NCBI GenBank assembly: GCA_051439505.1
Contig: JBFRWI010000228.1
Location: 62,638-126,637, forward strand
Source of the DNA: Hormoscilla sp.
GTDB taxonomy: Bacteria; Cyanobacteriota; Cyanobacteriia; Cyanobacteriales; Desertifilaceae
Reading direction: 5' to 3'
DNA: 64,000 nucleotides
A program made the position numbers and the translations under genes. The notes beneath the pieces were generated by a model. It saw only the letters and a list, made by a program, of their open reading frames with translations, was not told the origin of the DNA and searched no databases. This document shows, one piece after another, positions 52,009 through 63,279 of this stretch (positions within the stretch are counted from its first letter, which is position 1; every line of letters begins with the position of its first letter).

Positions 52009-52437
52009 ATGCGTAAATACATGATATTCCGCGCACAGAAGCGCGAACCCGGTTGGGAGAAACGCAAACTGGAACATACTCAGGGATTAACCAGAATTCT
52101 GGCCGAACACTTTGATTCTTCCGATCGCCCGATTCCCGAGCCAGGATATCGCCCGACTGAGTTTGTCAAAGTAGATTCACTTCACGACCCCAATAAATAT
52201 GGTGAAAGTACCCATTATCGTTCCGGGGATTGGGAAGTTGTGCGAGTTGAAACCTACACCCCAGATCTGCCAATGGGTGAATTTGATATGGTGGTAATTT
52301 GCTATTGCCAATACAATCCCATCAACGCGCCTCTGAAGCCAATGCCAGAACGTCAAGTTTCTCTCGACTCCTTTGGTGGCAACAAGGAGGCTTACGCTCG
52401 TTGGCTGGAGTCTCAAAAGCAACCACAAAAAGTATAA
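52009..52437 (+). CDS. hypothetical protein (142 aa)
   Basis: AAGGAG RBS inside upstream gene end; no family recognised. Confidence 0.78.
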   Translation: MRKYMIFRAQKREPGWEKRKLEHTQGLTRILAEHFDSSDRPIPEPGYRPTEFVKVDSLHDPNKYGESTHYRSGDWEVVRVETYTPDLPMGEFDMVVICYCQYNPINAPLKPMPERQVSLDSFGGNKEAYARWLESQKQPQKV

Positions 52438-52468
52438 TCGTAAGGTGGGCAATGCCCACCCTACTAGC

Positions 52469-53884
52469 TTAAAGCTGCTTCACTTCGCCAACGATCTTAG
52501 TCACCATATCCTTAGCGCTGCCAAACAGCATCATCGTCTTGTCCTTGTAAAACAGTTCGTTATCAATGCCAGCAAAGCCTGTATTCAGACTGCGCTTGAT
52601 CACGATCGTATGTCCGGCCTTGTCTACCTCCAGAATGGGCATCCCATAAATGGGGCTGCCAGAATTATCCCGCGCTGCTGGGTTAACAACATCGTTCGCC
52701 CCAATTACTAAGGCTACATCCGTGCGATCGAACTCTGTATTAATGTCATCCATGTCGTACAGTTGCTCGTAAGGCACGTTCGCCTCGGCCAGCAACACAT
52801 TCATATGTCCGGGCATCCGTCCCGCCACTGGGTGAATGGCATACTTGACCTCTACCCCGAGGCGTTCCAACTGGTCAGTCAACTCCCGCACCGCGTGTTG
52901 TGCCTGGGCTACGGCCATGCCATAACCAGGAACGATCGCCACAGAACGAGCATAACCCAACATCATCGCGCTCTCTTCGGCGTCGATGCTGTGAACGGTC
53001 TTATCTACCTGGCCACCAGCAGCAGTCGCCGCAGCGGTGCCGCCACCCGTACCAAAGCCAGCGAACAACACGTTGGTGAGGGAACGGTTCATCGCCTTAC
53101 ACATAATTACGGTCAGGATGATACCGGAAGCACCCACCAAGGCACCAGCGATGATCAGCATATTGTTCATCACCACGAAGCCCGCAGCAGAAGCAGCTAA
53201 CCCAGAGAAAGAGTTCAGCAGGGAAATGACCACGGGCATGTCGCCGCCGCCAATAGGAATGACAAACATCACTCCCAGTACCAGGGAAATACCCGCCAAT
53301 GCGAGGAAAACTGGCGTGTTCGAGGGGTTCAGGCAGATATAAACGCTACCTGCGATAAAGCCGCCTAAAAGCAGGGCGTTAAAGGGTTGCTGCAAGGGGA
53401 AGAGGATAGGGGAACCACTCATTATCCCTTTCAGCTTCGCAAAGGCGATCAGAGATCCCGTGAAGGTCACGCCACCAATTAACACCCCTAGCAATGCAGT
53501 AATTGTCGTGTCTAAAGGTGGGTTCTCGAAGCTGGCGAAATAGCGCCAAAATTCTCCCACGGCCACCAGGGCAGAAGCAGCCCCCCCTAAGCCGTTGAAT
53601 AAACCTACCATTTCTGGCATGGCTGTCATTTCTACTTTGTAAGCCCCGATCGCCCCGATTACCGAACCAATGATAATGCCGATCGCAATCATCTGATAGT
53701 TCAGCACTTCCTGGTCCAGCAGCGTCACCGCGATCGCCAGCAGCATGCCGACGGCAGCCCAGAGGTTACCATTCCGAGCCGTGGCTGGAGAACCCAGCTT
53801 TTTCAAACCAAAAAAGAACAACGATGCTGCCAGCAAATAGGTCAGTTGTATGGTTGTCGGGATATATGCGCTGATACCGCTCAT
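52469..53884 (-). CDS. pntB: NAD(P) transhydrogenase beta subunit
   Basis: IGGGDMPVVISLLNS, PGYGMAVAQAQH, HPVAGRMPGHMNVLLAEA. Confidence 0.98.
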   Translation of the reverse strand: MSGISAYIPTTIQLTYLLAASLFFFGLKKLGSPATARNGNLWAAVGMLLAIAVTLLDQEVLNYQMIAIGIIIGSVIGAIGAYKVEMTAMPEMVGLFNGLGGAASALVAVGEFWRYFASFENPPLDTTITALLGVLIGGVTFTGSLIAFAKLKGIMSGSPILFPLQQPFNALLLGGFIAGSVYICLNPSNTPVFLALAGISLVLGVMFVIPIGGGDMPVVISLLNSFSGLAASAAGFVVMNNMLIIAGALVGASGIILTVIMCKAMNRSLTNVLFAGFGTGGGTAAATAAGGQVDKTVHSIDAEESAMMLGYARSVAIVPGYGMAVAQAQHAVRELTDQLERLGVEVKYAIHPVAGRMPGHMNVLLAEANVPYEQLYDMDDINTEFDRTDVALVIGANDVVNPAARDNSGSPIYGMPILEVDKAGHTIVIKRSLNTGFAGIDNELFYKDKTMMLFGSAKDMVTKIVGEVKQL

Positions 53885-54174
53885 GCCTTAATCTCCTTCT
53901 TCTTAAACATTTGCAACATCCTGTCCGTTACCAGGAAACCGCCCACCACATTTATCGTGGCAAAAACCACGGCAATTAAGCCCAAAATCACCGTCACATT
54001 CCAATCCTTATCCCCCGCAATAATCAGGGCACCTAAAATTGCAATGCCCGAGATCGCATTAGCCCCAGACATCAAGGGCGTATGCAGGGTGGGCGGCACC
54101 TTGTTAATCACCTCGAACCCGGCAAATGAAGCCAGGACAAAAACGAACAAAGCCGAAATTAATGCTTCTGCCAT
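53881..54174 (-). CDS. pntA: NAD(P) transhydrogenase alpha subunit, membrane part
   Basis: VPPTLHTPLMSGANAISG, GGFLVTDRML. Confidence 0.95.
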   Translation of the reverse strand: MAEALISALFVFVLASFAGFEVINKVPPTLHTPLMSGANAISGIAILGALIIAGDKDWNVTVILGLIAVVFATINVVGGFLVTDRMLQMFKKKEIKA

Positions 54175-54239
54175 ATAACTCAAATCTCCTTTCTTATCCT
54201 CACGACGTAGGGTGGGCACCGCCCACCGATCGCTTGCAA

Positions 54240-55385
54240 CTAGACATTAACTGCTACCTGTTCCAGAGCATCTTTGACCCGTTGATTGCGAATTTCGCCT
54301 CCATGGGTGACGCAAGTCCCGCTAATGATATCATCGGCAAAATCAAGATTTAATTCCCCCTCTTTAATCATGGTTTGCAACAGAGTGGAAATGTTCTTGG
54401 CATACATCTGAGAAGCATGGACTGGCATGGAAGAAGGCAAATTAATCGGACCGATGATCGTAACGCCATTACGCACCACATCCTTGCCAGCTTCCGTCAG
54501 GGCGCAGTTACCACCTTGTTCCGCTGCCAAGTCAACAATTACGGCACCGGGTTTCATCTTCGCGACCATTTCTTCGGTAACCAGTCGCGGCGCTTTCTTC
54601 CCAGGAACCTGGGCAGTGGTAATCACCACATCGGCGGCGGCGACAGTATCGGTCACTAATTCTTGAGTGCGTTTCTTGGACTCCTCGGAAATTTCCTTCG
54701 CGTAGCCACCTGCGGCTACTGTATCTTCCTCCAATTTCACCTCGACGAACTTGGCACCGAGGCTTTGCACTTCTTCTTTTACCGCTGGGCGGATGTCAAA
54801 TGCTTCCACCACCGCACCCAAACGTCGCGCGGTCGCGATCGCCTGAAGTCCGGCCACCCCAGCACCCATGACAAACACTTTCGCCGGGCGGATAGTACCA
54901 GCTGCCGTTGTCAACATGGGGAAGAACTTAGGCAAAGCCGCAGCGGCCAGCAGGACTGCTTTATAGCCAGCCACACCCGCCTGAGAGGACAAAGCATCCA
55001 TACTCTGGGCCCGACTGGTACGAGGTATCATTTCCATACTGAAAGCCGTCACCCGACGTTCGGCCAGCTTTCCGATCGATTCTGGCTCACCCAGGGGGTT
55101 GAGGAAGCTAATCAAGACTCCTTCTGCCCGTAGCTGGTTAATTTCGGAATCTTTCGGGGTTCCCACCTTCAGCAGCACATCTGCTTCGCCCCAGAGATAT
55201 CCTGGATCTTCGATTATCTTGGCACCCGCAGCTTCATAGGCGCTGTTAGGGAAGAATGACTGTTCCCCCGCCCCCGACTCTATCCATATTTCTAAGCCCT
55301 GCTTTGTCAAGCGGGATACAATATCTGGAATCAAAGCCACCCGGCGATCGCCGACATCTACTTCTTTCGCTACTGCTATTTTCAT
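54240..55385 (-). CDS. pntA: NAD(P) transhydrogenase alpha subunit, NAD-binding part
   Basis: PRTSRAQSMDALSSQ, GAGVAGLQA, VDLAAEQGGNC. Confidence 0.97.
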   Translation of the reverse strand: MKIAVAKEVDVGDRRVALIPDIVSRLTKQGLEIWIESGAGEQSFFPNSAYEAAGAKIIEDPGYLWGEADVLLKVGTPKDSEINQLRAEGVLISFLNPLGEPESIGKLAERRVTAFSMEMIPRTSRAQSMDALSSQAGVAGYKAVLLAAAALPKFFPMLTTAAGTIRPAKVFVMGAGVAGLQAIATARRLGAVVEAFDIRPAVKEEVQSLGAKFVEVKLEEDTVAAGGYAKEISEESKKRTQELVTDTVAAADVVITTAQVPGKKAPRLVTEEMVAKMKPGAVIVDLAAEQGGNCALTEAGKDVVRNGVTIIGPINLPSSMPVHASQMYAKNISTLLQTMIKEGELNLDFADDIISGTCVTHGGEIRNQRVKDALEQVAVNV

Positions 55386-55697
55386 TTATGCTCCTTTTCC
55401 TAAATCTCTGCCCTTCTTTAACTTTTTTCTACATTTCAAATTCTCTCTTATCTGGAGGAGTTCGCAACTGATTTGTTCAGCATTTAAACAGATTTGCATA
55501 TCTTTAGATTTTCTTTATATTTTTTCCCCTTGCCGAGGGAGTAAGGAATGCTATAATATAAAATTTGTCCCCAGACAGCAAAAACGGACTGGTAGAGACA
55601 GTCCGTGGTCAGGGGTTAGTAGTGGTTAGTAGTCAGTGGTTAGTGGTCAGTGGTCAATTAACAACTGACCACTAACTACTAAACCTCTAAATTTACC

Positions 55698-56480
55698 TTA
55701 ACGCACCTGCGCGAATATCTTCTCCATATCTTCTAGAGGAATTGCGCCAGAGAAAGCTTTATCATTCATCACGAAGAAAGGCGTGCCGGAAACACCAAGA
55801 TTTTCCCCTAGCTGCATATCCTGCTGAATAGCATTTTCCGCCTTCGCAGAATTCCGATCGCGGTTAAACTGCTCTATATCCAGATCCAAACTTTGGGCAA
55901 TTTCCAGATAAAAGTCATCACCCAATTTATCTTGCTGGGTAAACAGGGCCCCGTAGTAATCCCAGAATTTACCTTGCTGAGTAGCCGCCCAAGCAGCTTT
56001 AGCAGCCGGAAGGGCTTCTGGATGAATCGAAATCAAAGGAAAATGCTTGTAAACCAAGGTAACTTCATCGGCATGCTTGGCCATAAACTCTTCGACAGTT
56101 TGATAAGCCCGACCGCAATATGGACATTGAAAGTCTGAGAACTCTACGAACAAAACTTGACCATCAGTTGCTCCAGTAGTGGGAGATTCACCAATTAGCA
56201 CTTGGGGATTTGTTTTGATCTTCTGCAAAAATGCCTGCTGTGCCAGTTGCCGTTGCAGTTTTTGTTCTTGCTGGTAAGCCTCTACAGACTCGATAATCAC
56301 TTCCGGGTGTGCGCGGATAACCTGCAAAATTTGTGATTCCAATTCCGGACTAATGCGGTTAGCTGCTTGCGCCGGTAGTGACCATAGCGTCATAGCTAGG
56401 CAAAATAGCAGCAGTGCCGTTAGTTGTAAAGCTTTGCGAGCCGCTGTGCTGAGATTGCTGAGAGTATAACTTGGCATCAT
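55698..56480 (-). CDS. DsbA family thioredoxin-fold protein
   Basis: EFSDFQCPYC, HFPL, GTP; signal peptide. Confidence 0.93.
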   Translation of the reverse strand: MMPSYTLSNLSTAARKALQLTALLLFCLAMTLWSLPAQAANRISPELESQILQVIRAHPEVIIESVEAYQQEQKLQRQLAQQAFLQKIKTNPQVLIGESPTTGATDGQVLFVEFSDFQCPYCGRAYQTVEEFMAKHADEVTLVYKHFPLISIHPEALPAAKAAWAATQQGKFWDYYGALFTQQDKLGDDFYLEIAQSLDLDIEQFNRDRNSAKAENAIQQDMQLGENLGVSGTPFFVMNDKAFSGAIPLEDMEKIFAQVR

Positions 56481-56639
56481 GTTTGCTTTTTGGACCTCCT
56501 CGGGTCAAATGAAATGGATATCAACCCTCATCTTACAGTGCGGTGTCATAAAAGTCAAAAGAACTATAGCTTTCCTTTATGATTTACCAGACCGGTTATT
56601 AATGCTATAACCTACATCATCAAAACCATCACTAACTTT

Positions 56640-57221
56640 TTACTCAGTCAAAATCCCCTTCAACTCCAAGACAAACCCCGGTAAAATTTCCTCTCCCGAC
56701 AGCGCCGTCGGACCCGACAGCACCTCCACCTCTCTATCTGGTCGATAAATTTCCACCTGGTGCATTTCCGGGTCGATTAACCAACCCAATTGTAATCCAT
56801 TTTCCAAATATTCCCGCATTTTTTGTTGAATATTCTCTAACTCATCACTGGGCGATCGCAATTCCACCAAAAAATCTGGACAAAGCGGCACATATTTTTT
56901 CCGCTGCAATGCGGTTAGCGCCGACCACCGTTCCTTTCTCACCCACGCCGCATCAGGAGAACGGATAGCACTATTCGGGAGTCGGAAACCTGTAGAAGAA
57001 TCAAATGCCACCCCGAGATCGCTCTGACTGCTCCAATTTTCCAGACGAGCGCTTAACTTAATATTACGCCTTCCCGTTTCTCCCCCAGTTAGAGCCATAA
57101 CGATCAATTCTCCCTTAGCATTGCGCTCGAATTTCAAATCCCGGTTTGCTTGACAAACTTGATCGAACTGTTCGTCAGTTAGTTCCAGAGTCGGACGTAA
57201 GTTTAAGGTATAAGCAGTCAT
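56640..57221 (-). CDS. Uma2 family endonuclease
   Basis: FDSSTGFRLP, RSPDAAW, CPDFLVELRSPSD, GWLIDP. Confidence 0.93.
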   Translation of the reverse strand: MTAYTLNLRPTLELTDEQFDQVCQANRDLKFERNAKGELIVMALTGGETGRRNIKLSARLENWSSQSDLGVAFDSSTGFRLPNSAIRSPDAAWVRKERWSALTALQRKKYVPLCPDFLVELRSPSDELENIQQKMREYLENGLQLGWLIDPEMHQVEIYRPDREVEVLSGPTALSGEEILPGFVLELKGILTE

Positions 57222-57843
57222 ATGTTTTTCTCCAATTCAAACAACTATACCTCTCTGTCGGATTTGACTTTCGCCGAACCGCTACTGTCCCGAAATATTT
57301 CCGCCCGAACATGAAACCAGTCCAAGTCCAAGACCGATCTCGCTTTCCATACCATTTTTATCGGTGACAATGATCTAATATTTCCTGCTACTGATACTGG
57401 AATTTGTACCGCCAAAACTGGGATGCCGATGTAGATTCATCGCCAAACGGCCCCCCCCAATGGATTACAATAAGCTTACAAATAGTAGTATATCATGCCT
57501 GGTTACTGGATGGAGACTTCTGCCCGGAGGCACTAGGTTCGTTCTGAGAGTCGTTCAATCTTTTCCCACCACCGACTAAATATCCTTTATCATAACTCAT
57601 GCCTACTGTATTCATACAAGTTCTACAGCTCTATCCGTATATACCGGCAGTAAGCGCAGAGTTATAGGGCCCGAAGATGGGTAGTTCGATCGCTTCGGGG
57701 TAAAGTTGAGTAAAGCTCATCCAAAGCGCACCAGTTACCTCAGCCTGCCACCGAGCCTCGTTACCTGGCTCCCGCCTGGTAACGCCAGGGCGGGCCATCG
57801 ACCAAGGTCACTGCATGGAGTACATCTGTACAGGTACAATTCT

Positions 57844-58377
57844 ATGTTAAAGAAAAAATCTTCCCTCAGACGCAGTCTTTCGGCATTGGCGATCGCCTCC
57901 TGTCTGGTAACCGGGGTGCCAGTCATCAGCTTGGCCAATGGACTTCCGGGATTGACCATATTTGGCGGTCCCGGACGGGAACACCGGTTGCCCTTCCGGT
58001 TAGATTTCGGGGGTCAACCGGATCAGTGGGACCGTTACCGACTGAGAATTCCCGCCAGGAAATTGAAGCTAGCAGCTGCTCAGTTTTCCGTTTCCTATCC
58101 CGATCGCTTTAACGGCAAATTCGACCCCGAAAAAATTCAAGTGAGGATCGAAGGCGAGCCAATTCCCTTGCAGGAGGTGATTTGGGACCGGGAAAATAAC
58201 CTGATTGAAATATATCCCGAGACTCCTGTACCGGCGGGAACTAAAGTGGAGCTAGTCTTCTCCAACGTCATCAACCCCACCTTTGGCATCTACTACTTCA
58301 AATGTCTCATCCTCACTCCCGGCGATATCCCTCTGCCTCGCTATATCGGCACCTGGGATTTGAGCATCAATAGATAG
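57844..58377 (+). CDS. DUF2808-like cyanobacterial protein
   Basis: DRYRLRIP, YP..F.GKFD, LPRYIGTW; position upstream of rpmH. Confidence 0.8.
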   Translation: MLKKKSSLRRSLSALAIASCLVTGVPVISLANGLPGLTIFGGPGREHRLPFRLDFGGQPDQWDRYRLRIPARKLKLAAAQFSVSYPDRFNGKFDPEKIQVRIEGEPIPLQEVIWDRENNLIEIYPETPVPAGTKVELVFSNVINPTFGIYYFKCLILTPGDIPLPRYIGTWDLSINR

Positions 58378-58437
58378 GTGCGGTGGTATAATTAGGGATT
58401 GTGACTTTTTGACGAGGTTGAGGAGGCTGGAAGTATT

Positions 58438-58575
58438 ATGACTAAACGCACCTTGGGTGGAACGATCCGCAAACGCAAGCGAACCTCTGGTTTTCGCGCT
58501 CGCATGCGGATCAAAAGTGGTCGCCGAGTGATTAACGCTCGCCGAAGAAAGGGACGTCATCGTCTCACTGTCTAA
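58438..58575 (+). CDS. rpmH: 50S ribosomal protein L34 (absent from the ORF track)
   Basis: Hand translation [45 protein letters not shown]. Confidence 0.97.
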   Translation: MTKRTLGGTIRKRKRTSGFRARMRIKSGRRVINARRRKGRHRLTV

Positions 58576-58604
58576 TTTTTCACTCTTTGTAACGAGGCCG
58601 GGCC

Positions 58605-59018
58605 GTGTTATCAAAAGCCCATAGACTCAGACACTGGCGAGACTTTGAAGCAGTTTATCAGAGTGGCAGAAGTCGTCGCACCCCTCATCTGACTTTAAGA
58701 GCCTTTTTTTTGACTCCCCAACCTCAGCACCAGTCCCAGGTCCATGCGCCGGTGACAACCGGGTCGCCGCCAACACGGGTTGGTATTGTTGTGGGAGGAA
58801 AAGTCAGCAAAAGGGCGACGATCCGCAATCGGATCAAGCGGCGACTGCGGGCCGGCATTCGCCAGTTGTGGCCGCGTTTATCACCCGGTTGGCAGCTAGT
58901 GGTAATTGCCCGACCAGCAGCATTGGAGTGCGATTATGCTCAATTTCTGCGAGAATTAGAGCAGATGTTGGCAGAAGCGGAGGTACTCAATGGGCATTCG
59001 AGAGGACGTATATTATGA
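58605..59018 (+). CDS. rnpA: ribonuclease P protein component
   Basis: HRLR, KVSKRATIRNRIKRRLR. Confidence 0.95.
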   Translation: MLSKAHRLRHWRDFEAVYQSGRSRRTPHLTLRAFFLTPQPQHQSQVHAPVTTGSPPTRVGIVVGGKVSKRATIRNRIKRRLRAGIRQLWPRLSPGWQLVVIARPAALECDYAQFLRELEQMLAEAEVLNGHSRGRIL

Positions 59019-59382
59019 GGGAGGACCTCATATCGGTGATTTGATCTTCAATCTGTTGCTGGGTTTGACCCTGATTTTTTTGCCCCTGACTGTGGGGGCC
59101 ATAGTCAGGGCCCTGTGGCTGCGCTTCCGGATAACCAGTCGCCGCATCTCGGTAACGGGTGGCTGGATGGGACGCGATCGGGCCGATCTGATCTATTCGG
59201 AAATCACCAATATAGTCAAGGTGGCTCGCGGACTAGGCTTATGGGGAGATATGGTAATCACCCTCAAAGATGGTAGCAAGGTAGAACTCAGAGCCATGCC
59301 CAAGTTTCGAGAAGTGTATGACTATATCAACGAGAAAATGCCTAGCAATGCAAAAAAAACAAGTGGTGCTCGGAGTAGTTAA
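58990..59382 (+). CDS. bacterial PH-domain membrane protein
   Basis: YYEGGPHIGDL, RFRITSRRISV; between rnpA and yidC. Confidence 0.85.
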   Translation: MGIREDVYYEGGPHIGDLIFNLLLGLTLIFLPLTVGAIVRALWLRFRITSRRISVTGGWMGRDRADLIYSEITNIVKVARGLGLWGDMVITLKDGSKVELRAMPKFREVYDYINEKMPSNAKKTSGARSS

Positions 59383-59528
59383 AGTAAACTGCTGTACCTA
59401 AATTGGTGCAGCTAGAGCGCGGTTACCAGTTACCAGAATTGGCAATTGGCAATGGCTCAATTGGCCAAGTTACTCTCATGATGAGACTGTTGAAAAGTTC
59501 CCCAGCACAAAGGTAAACAAGCGAAAGT

Positions 59529-60725
59529 ATGGACTTTGGTATCGGTTTTCTCACAAACAATGTAATGCTGCCGATCCTGGACTTTTTTTACGGGGTCGTG
59601 CCCAGCTACGGATTAGCGATCGTGGCTCTAACTCTAGTAATTCGGACTGCAGTATACCCTCTGAGTGCAGGTTCGATTAGAAGTATGCGTCGCACGCGAG
59701 TGGTTCAGCCCTACATGCAGAAGCGACAAGAAGAAATTAAGACTAGATATAAGGACGACCCAGCCAAGCAGCAAGAGGAGATGGGTAAACTCTTCAAGGA
59801 AGTGGGCAACCCTCTGGCTGGGTGCTTGCCAGTCCTGTTACAGATGCCCGTGTTGTTTGCCCTGTTCGCAACCTTGCGAGGTTCGCCCTTTGCGAATATC
59901 AATTACTCAGTCAATCTGGAAATATTTCCCCAAGCACAGATTGAACGGATAGTGCCCCAAGCATTTGCCACCAAGCCCCAGAATATCTATGTAGCAGATG
60001 GGGTACGGGCACCAGTAGTGGGTTTGCTTCCCGGGGGCAATAAGCTGGGGGTGGGAGAAAAAACTAAGGTATTGTTCCAGACGACCGAAGGCAAACCTTT
60101 CAAGGAGCTATTAGCAGAACACCCGGAAAATCAGCTGATAACTGAATGGAAAGTTATCAAGGGCGAAGAACGAGTACAGATAGATGACGAGGGCAATATA
60201 GTAGCCCTTCAGCCGGGAGAAGTCACCGTTCAGGGAACTATCCCAGGGTTAGCTGCTAATAAAGGATTTCTATTCATCAAGGCTCTAGGTCAGGTGGGAG
60301 CAGTAGGTGAAAATGGGGAAATAAATTGGGATATAGTGGGTATGGTGCTGTTCTTTGGCATCAGCTTGTATGCCAACCAGATCCTCTCAGGTCAAGGAAC
60401 GAGCGGTGGTAACGCTCAGCAGCAGACAGTTAACAAAATTACGCCAGTGTTGTTTTCAGGCATGTTTTTGTTCTTCCCCCTGCCGGCTGGAGTGTTGATG
60501 TACATAGTGATTGCCAACATTTTCCAAACTGTCCAGACGTTGATTTTGTCCCGAGAGGCTCTGCCGGAGAATATTCAAAAAATAGTAGACGCGGAGGAGG
60601 CGAAGAAGGTGAAGGAAGAGAAAAAAGATGTCCTGCCATTTGAGCCCAAAAGTTCTAAGAAGAAAGAAAAACCAGAACCAGAACTACCGAAAAAGTCACA
60701 ACGTGCTAAAAAGAAAAAGATGTGA
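59529..60725 (+). CDS. yidC: membrane protein insertase YidC
   Basis: [32 protein letters not shown]. Confidence 0.96.
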   Translation: MDFGIGFLTNNVMLPILDFFYGVVPSYGLAIVALTLVIRTAVYPLSAGSIRSMRRTRVVQPYMQKRQEEIKTRYKDDPAKQQEEMGKLFKEVGNPLAGCLPVLLQMPVLFALFATLRGSPFANINYSVNLEIFPQAQIERIVPQAFATKPQNIYVADGVRAPVVGLLPGGNKLGVGEKTKVLFQTTEGKPFKELLAEHPENQLITEWKVIKGEERVQIDDEGNIVALQPGEVTVQGTIPGLAANKGFLFIKALGQVGAVGENGEINWDIVGMVLFFGISLYANQILSGQGTSGGNAQQQTVNKITPVLFSGMFLFFPLPAGVLMYIVIANIFQTVQTLILSREALPENIQKIVDAEEAKKVKEEKKDVLPFEPKSSKKKEKPEPELPKKSQRAKKKKM

Positions 60726-60733
60726 TTGTGCTT

Positions 60734-61225
60734 ATGAATGAAAGTCAAATCCAACGAGGTAGGGAGTGGCTTGAAGAATTTCTGCACTTAGCCGGTTTGC
60801 CAGCATCTGTCACAACGGAACAAAATCAAGCGGATCCGAGACTGGAAAGTTGCTGGTTGACTATTGACTCCCAGAATCTGACGGCCCAACAGATTGAAAC
60901 GTTAACTACGGGTAAAGAGGGTGTGGCCCTAGATGCAATTCAGTATTTGGCAAATACTATCCTCAATTTGGGCTGTAATCGTGAAGAACAAATTGCCTAT
61001 ACAATTGAATTGAATGGCTATCGATCGCGCAGGCAGGCAGAGTTGCTCAAGCTGGCATCCGATGCTGCCACGCAGGTGCGTAGCACGGGGGTGCCTTTTG
61101 AGATTGAGGATCTATCGGCGGCAGAAAGACGTCAAGTCCATACTTTTCTCAAATCCTATGAGGATCTAGCTAGTGAAAGCCGGGGTCGAGAACCAGATAG
61201 ACGTCTGATAGTGCGCCGGTTGTAG
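60734..61225 (+). CDS. jag: Jag/R3H RNA-binding protein
   Basis: LDAIQYLAN, ERRQVH, SESRGREPDR. Confidence 0.88.
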   Translation: MNESQIQRGREWLEEFLHLAGLPASVTTEQNQADPRLESCWLTIDSQNLTAQQIETLTTGKEGVALDAIQYLANTILNLGCNREEQIAYTIELNGYRSRRQAELLKLASDAATQVRSTGVPFEIEDLSAAERRQVHTFLKSYEDLASESRGREPDRRLIVRRL

Positions 61226-61246
61226 CAAAAGTTCTGGTGGTGGCAG

Positions 61247-61762
61247 ATGGAACCAATTTATATTCCTAACCTGGCGAAAGCCCCCGATCGCACTCTGTCT
61301 CTGGAGGTGCGCGATCGCCTCCCAGGTCTGGAAAGTCTGACGGCGGTGACGGGACGGATGGCAGTGAAACATCAACAGAATTATCTGGAGGTTTCCGCTG
61401 TTGCGGAAACGATTATTACTCTGACATGCGATCGCTGTTTGCAGCAGTACAATCACCGCCTGAAAGTTGATACTTCGGAACTGATATGGTTGGATGAAGC
61501 TGCTATCTTACAGGATGCAGATATGCCATTAGAACGAGAAGTAGTGCTGGAAGATTTGGTAGAAGTTCTGCACCCGAGGGGCTATTTTTACCCCGATGAG
61601 TGGTTGTACGAACAGCTATGTTTGTCAATGCCTCAGCGACAGTTGTGCGATCGCAAATGTCCGGGAATTCAGCTAGGACATGATTCGAGGGAGTCACAAC
61701 CGCTACTAGATCGGCGATGGGCAGGTTTGGCAGGGTTGAAAATTGAGAATAATGAACGATGA
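61247..61762 (+). CDS. YceD/DUF177 family protein
   Basis: CDRCL, LC...CPG, DRRWAGL. Confidence 0.9.
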   Translation: MEPIYIPNLAKAPDRTLSLEVRDRLPGLESLTAVTGRMAVKHQQNYLEVSAVAETIITLTCDRCLQQYNHRLKVDTSELIWLDEAAILQDADMPLEREVVLEDLVEVLHPRGYFYPDEWLYEQLCLSMPQRQLCDRKCPGIQLGHDSRESQPLLDRRWAGLAGLKIENNER

Positions 61763-63279
61763 ATTTTAATGAGGAGTTGGAATTATTGCTGCGATCGCGT
61801 TACCCGGCAATCTACATTCAGACAGCAGAAGAGGAAAGGGTAGAAGAGGCGATCGCCAAGATTGCAGCAAAATTGGGAAATCGGGCTGTATATATCTGGG
61901 ATTTTGTAGATGGCTATCAGGGAAATGCTAATGATGCGGGTTTCGGACGCAGAAATCCCTTGCAAGCCCTAGAATTTGTAGAGAAATTGCCTATAAGTGC
62001 AGCGGCAATATTGGTGCTGCGGGACTTTAATAGGTTTTTAGAAGATATTTCTATTTCGAGAAAATTGCGGAATCTCTCCCGGGTGCTGCTGTCGCAGCCG
62101 AAAAATATAATTATAGTGGCGCCAGAAATAGAGATACCGACAGAACTATCGGAAGCGATCACTGTCCTGGAGTTTCCTCTCCCCACAAGCGACCAAATTA
62201 AATCAGAACTGGAACGCTTGTTGGGGGCGATCGCTCAAAGATTGACTGAGACAAATATAGATGAATTGGTGCGTTCCTGTCAGGGACTCTCGATTGAACG
62301 GATTCGCAGGGTACTGGCAAAGGCGATCGCCAATCACGGGGAATTGCGTCCGGAAGATGTAGAACTGATTCTAGCAGAAAAACGGCAGAAAATTCGCCAA
62401 ACGCAAATATTAGATTTCTATCCGGCTAAAGAGGAGATTTCCGATATCGGCGGCTTAGATAACCTGAAAGACTGGTTGCTCAGGCGGGGAGGGGCTTTCT
62501 CGGAACAGGCCAGAAGCTATGGCCTCCCCCATCCGCGCGGCTTGCTACTGGTGGGAATTCAGGGAACTGGTAAATCTCTGACGGCTAAGGCGATCGCGCA
62601 CCATTGGCACCTACCCCTATTGCGCCTGGATGTGGGGCGTCTCTTTGGGGGCTTGGTGGGTGAATCGGAATCTCGCACCAGACAGATGATTCAACTTGCT
62701 GAAGCCCTGGCCCCTTGCGTGCTGTGGATAGACGAAATTGATAAGGCATTTTCCGGCTTAGGGGGTAAAGGGGATGCGGGTACAGCTAACCGGGTCTTCG
62801 GCACCTTTATTACCTGGTTGGCGGAGAAAACTTCACCGGTGTTTGTCGTGGCTACGGCCAATGACATCCAAGCTTTGCCTCCGGAAATGCTACGCAAAGG
62901 TCGGTTTGATGAAATCTTTTTTGTGGGTTTGCCCAGCCAGACAGAACGCCATTCAATATTTACTGTCCATTTGTCCCGCCTGCGCCCCCACAACCTCAAG
63001 CACTACGATATGGAACGGTTAGCCTACGAAACTCCTGATTTTTCTGGAGCCGAGATCGAGCAGACGATCATTGAAGCCATGCACATAGGCTTTAGCCAGG
63101 ACCGGGATTTTACTACAGATGATATCCTAGAAGCAGCTAGCCAAATTGTCCCCCTGGCTCGCACCGCTCAAGAACAGATCCAGTTCTTGCAAGACTGGGC
63201 GGCCTCTGGTAAAGCCCGCCTGGCTTCCCGACAAAGAAGTTTCAGCACCTCAATGGGCGAGTTGAAATATGATTCTTAA
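61759..63279 (+). CDS. ycf46: Ycf46 family AAA ATPase
   Basis: [32 protein letters not shown]. Confidence 0.9.
   Translation: MNFNEELELLLRSRYPAIYIQTAEEERVEEAIAKIAAKLGNRAVYIWDFVDGYQGNANDAGFGRRNPLQALEFVEKLPISAAAILVLRDFNRFLEDISISRKLRNLSRVLLSQPKNIIIVAPEIEIPTELSEAITVLEFPLPTSDQIKSELERLLGAIAQRLTETNIDELVRSCQGLSIERIRRVLAKAIANHGELRPEDVELILAEKRQKIRQTQILDFYPAKEEISDIGGLDNLKDWLLRRGGAFSEQARSYGLPHPRGLLLVGIQGTGKSLTAKAIAHHWHLPLLRLDVGRLFGGLVGESESRTRQMIQLAEALAPCVLWIDEIDKAFSGLGGKGDAGTANRVFGTFITWLAEKTSPVFVVATANDIQALPPEMLRKGRFDEIFFVGLPSQTERHSIFTVHLSRLRPHNLKHYDMERLAYETPDFSGAEIEQTIIEAMHIGFSQDRDFTTDDILEAASQIVPLARTAQEQIQFLQDWAASGKARLASRQRSFSTSMGELKYDS

Noticed and set aside
53881..55385. Split pntA as a pseudogene
   Set aside because: A two-gene alpha subunit is a known arrangement; both parts are intact with their own RBS
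58438..61225. Replication origin near rpmH-rnpA-yidC
   Set aside because: No dnaA/dnaN and no DnaA-box cluster noticed
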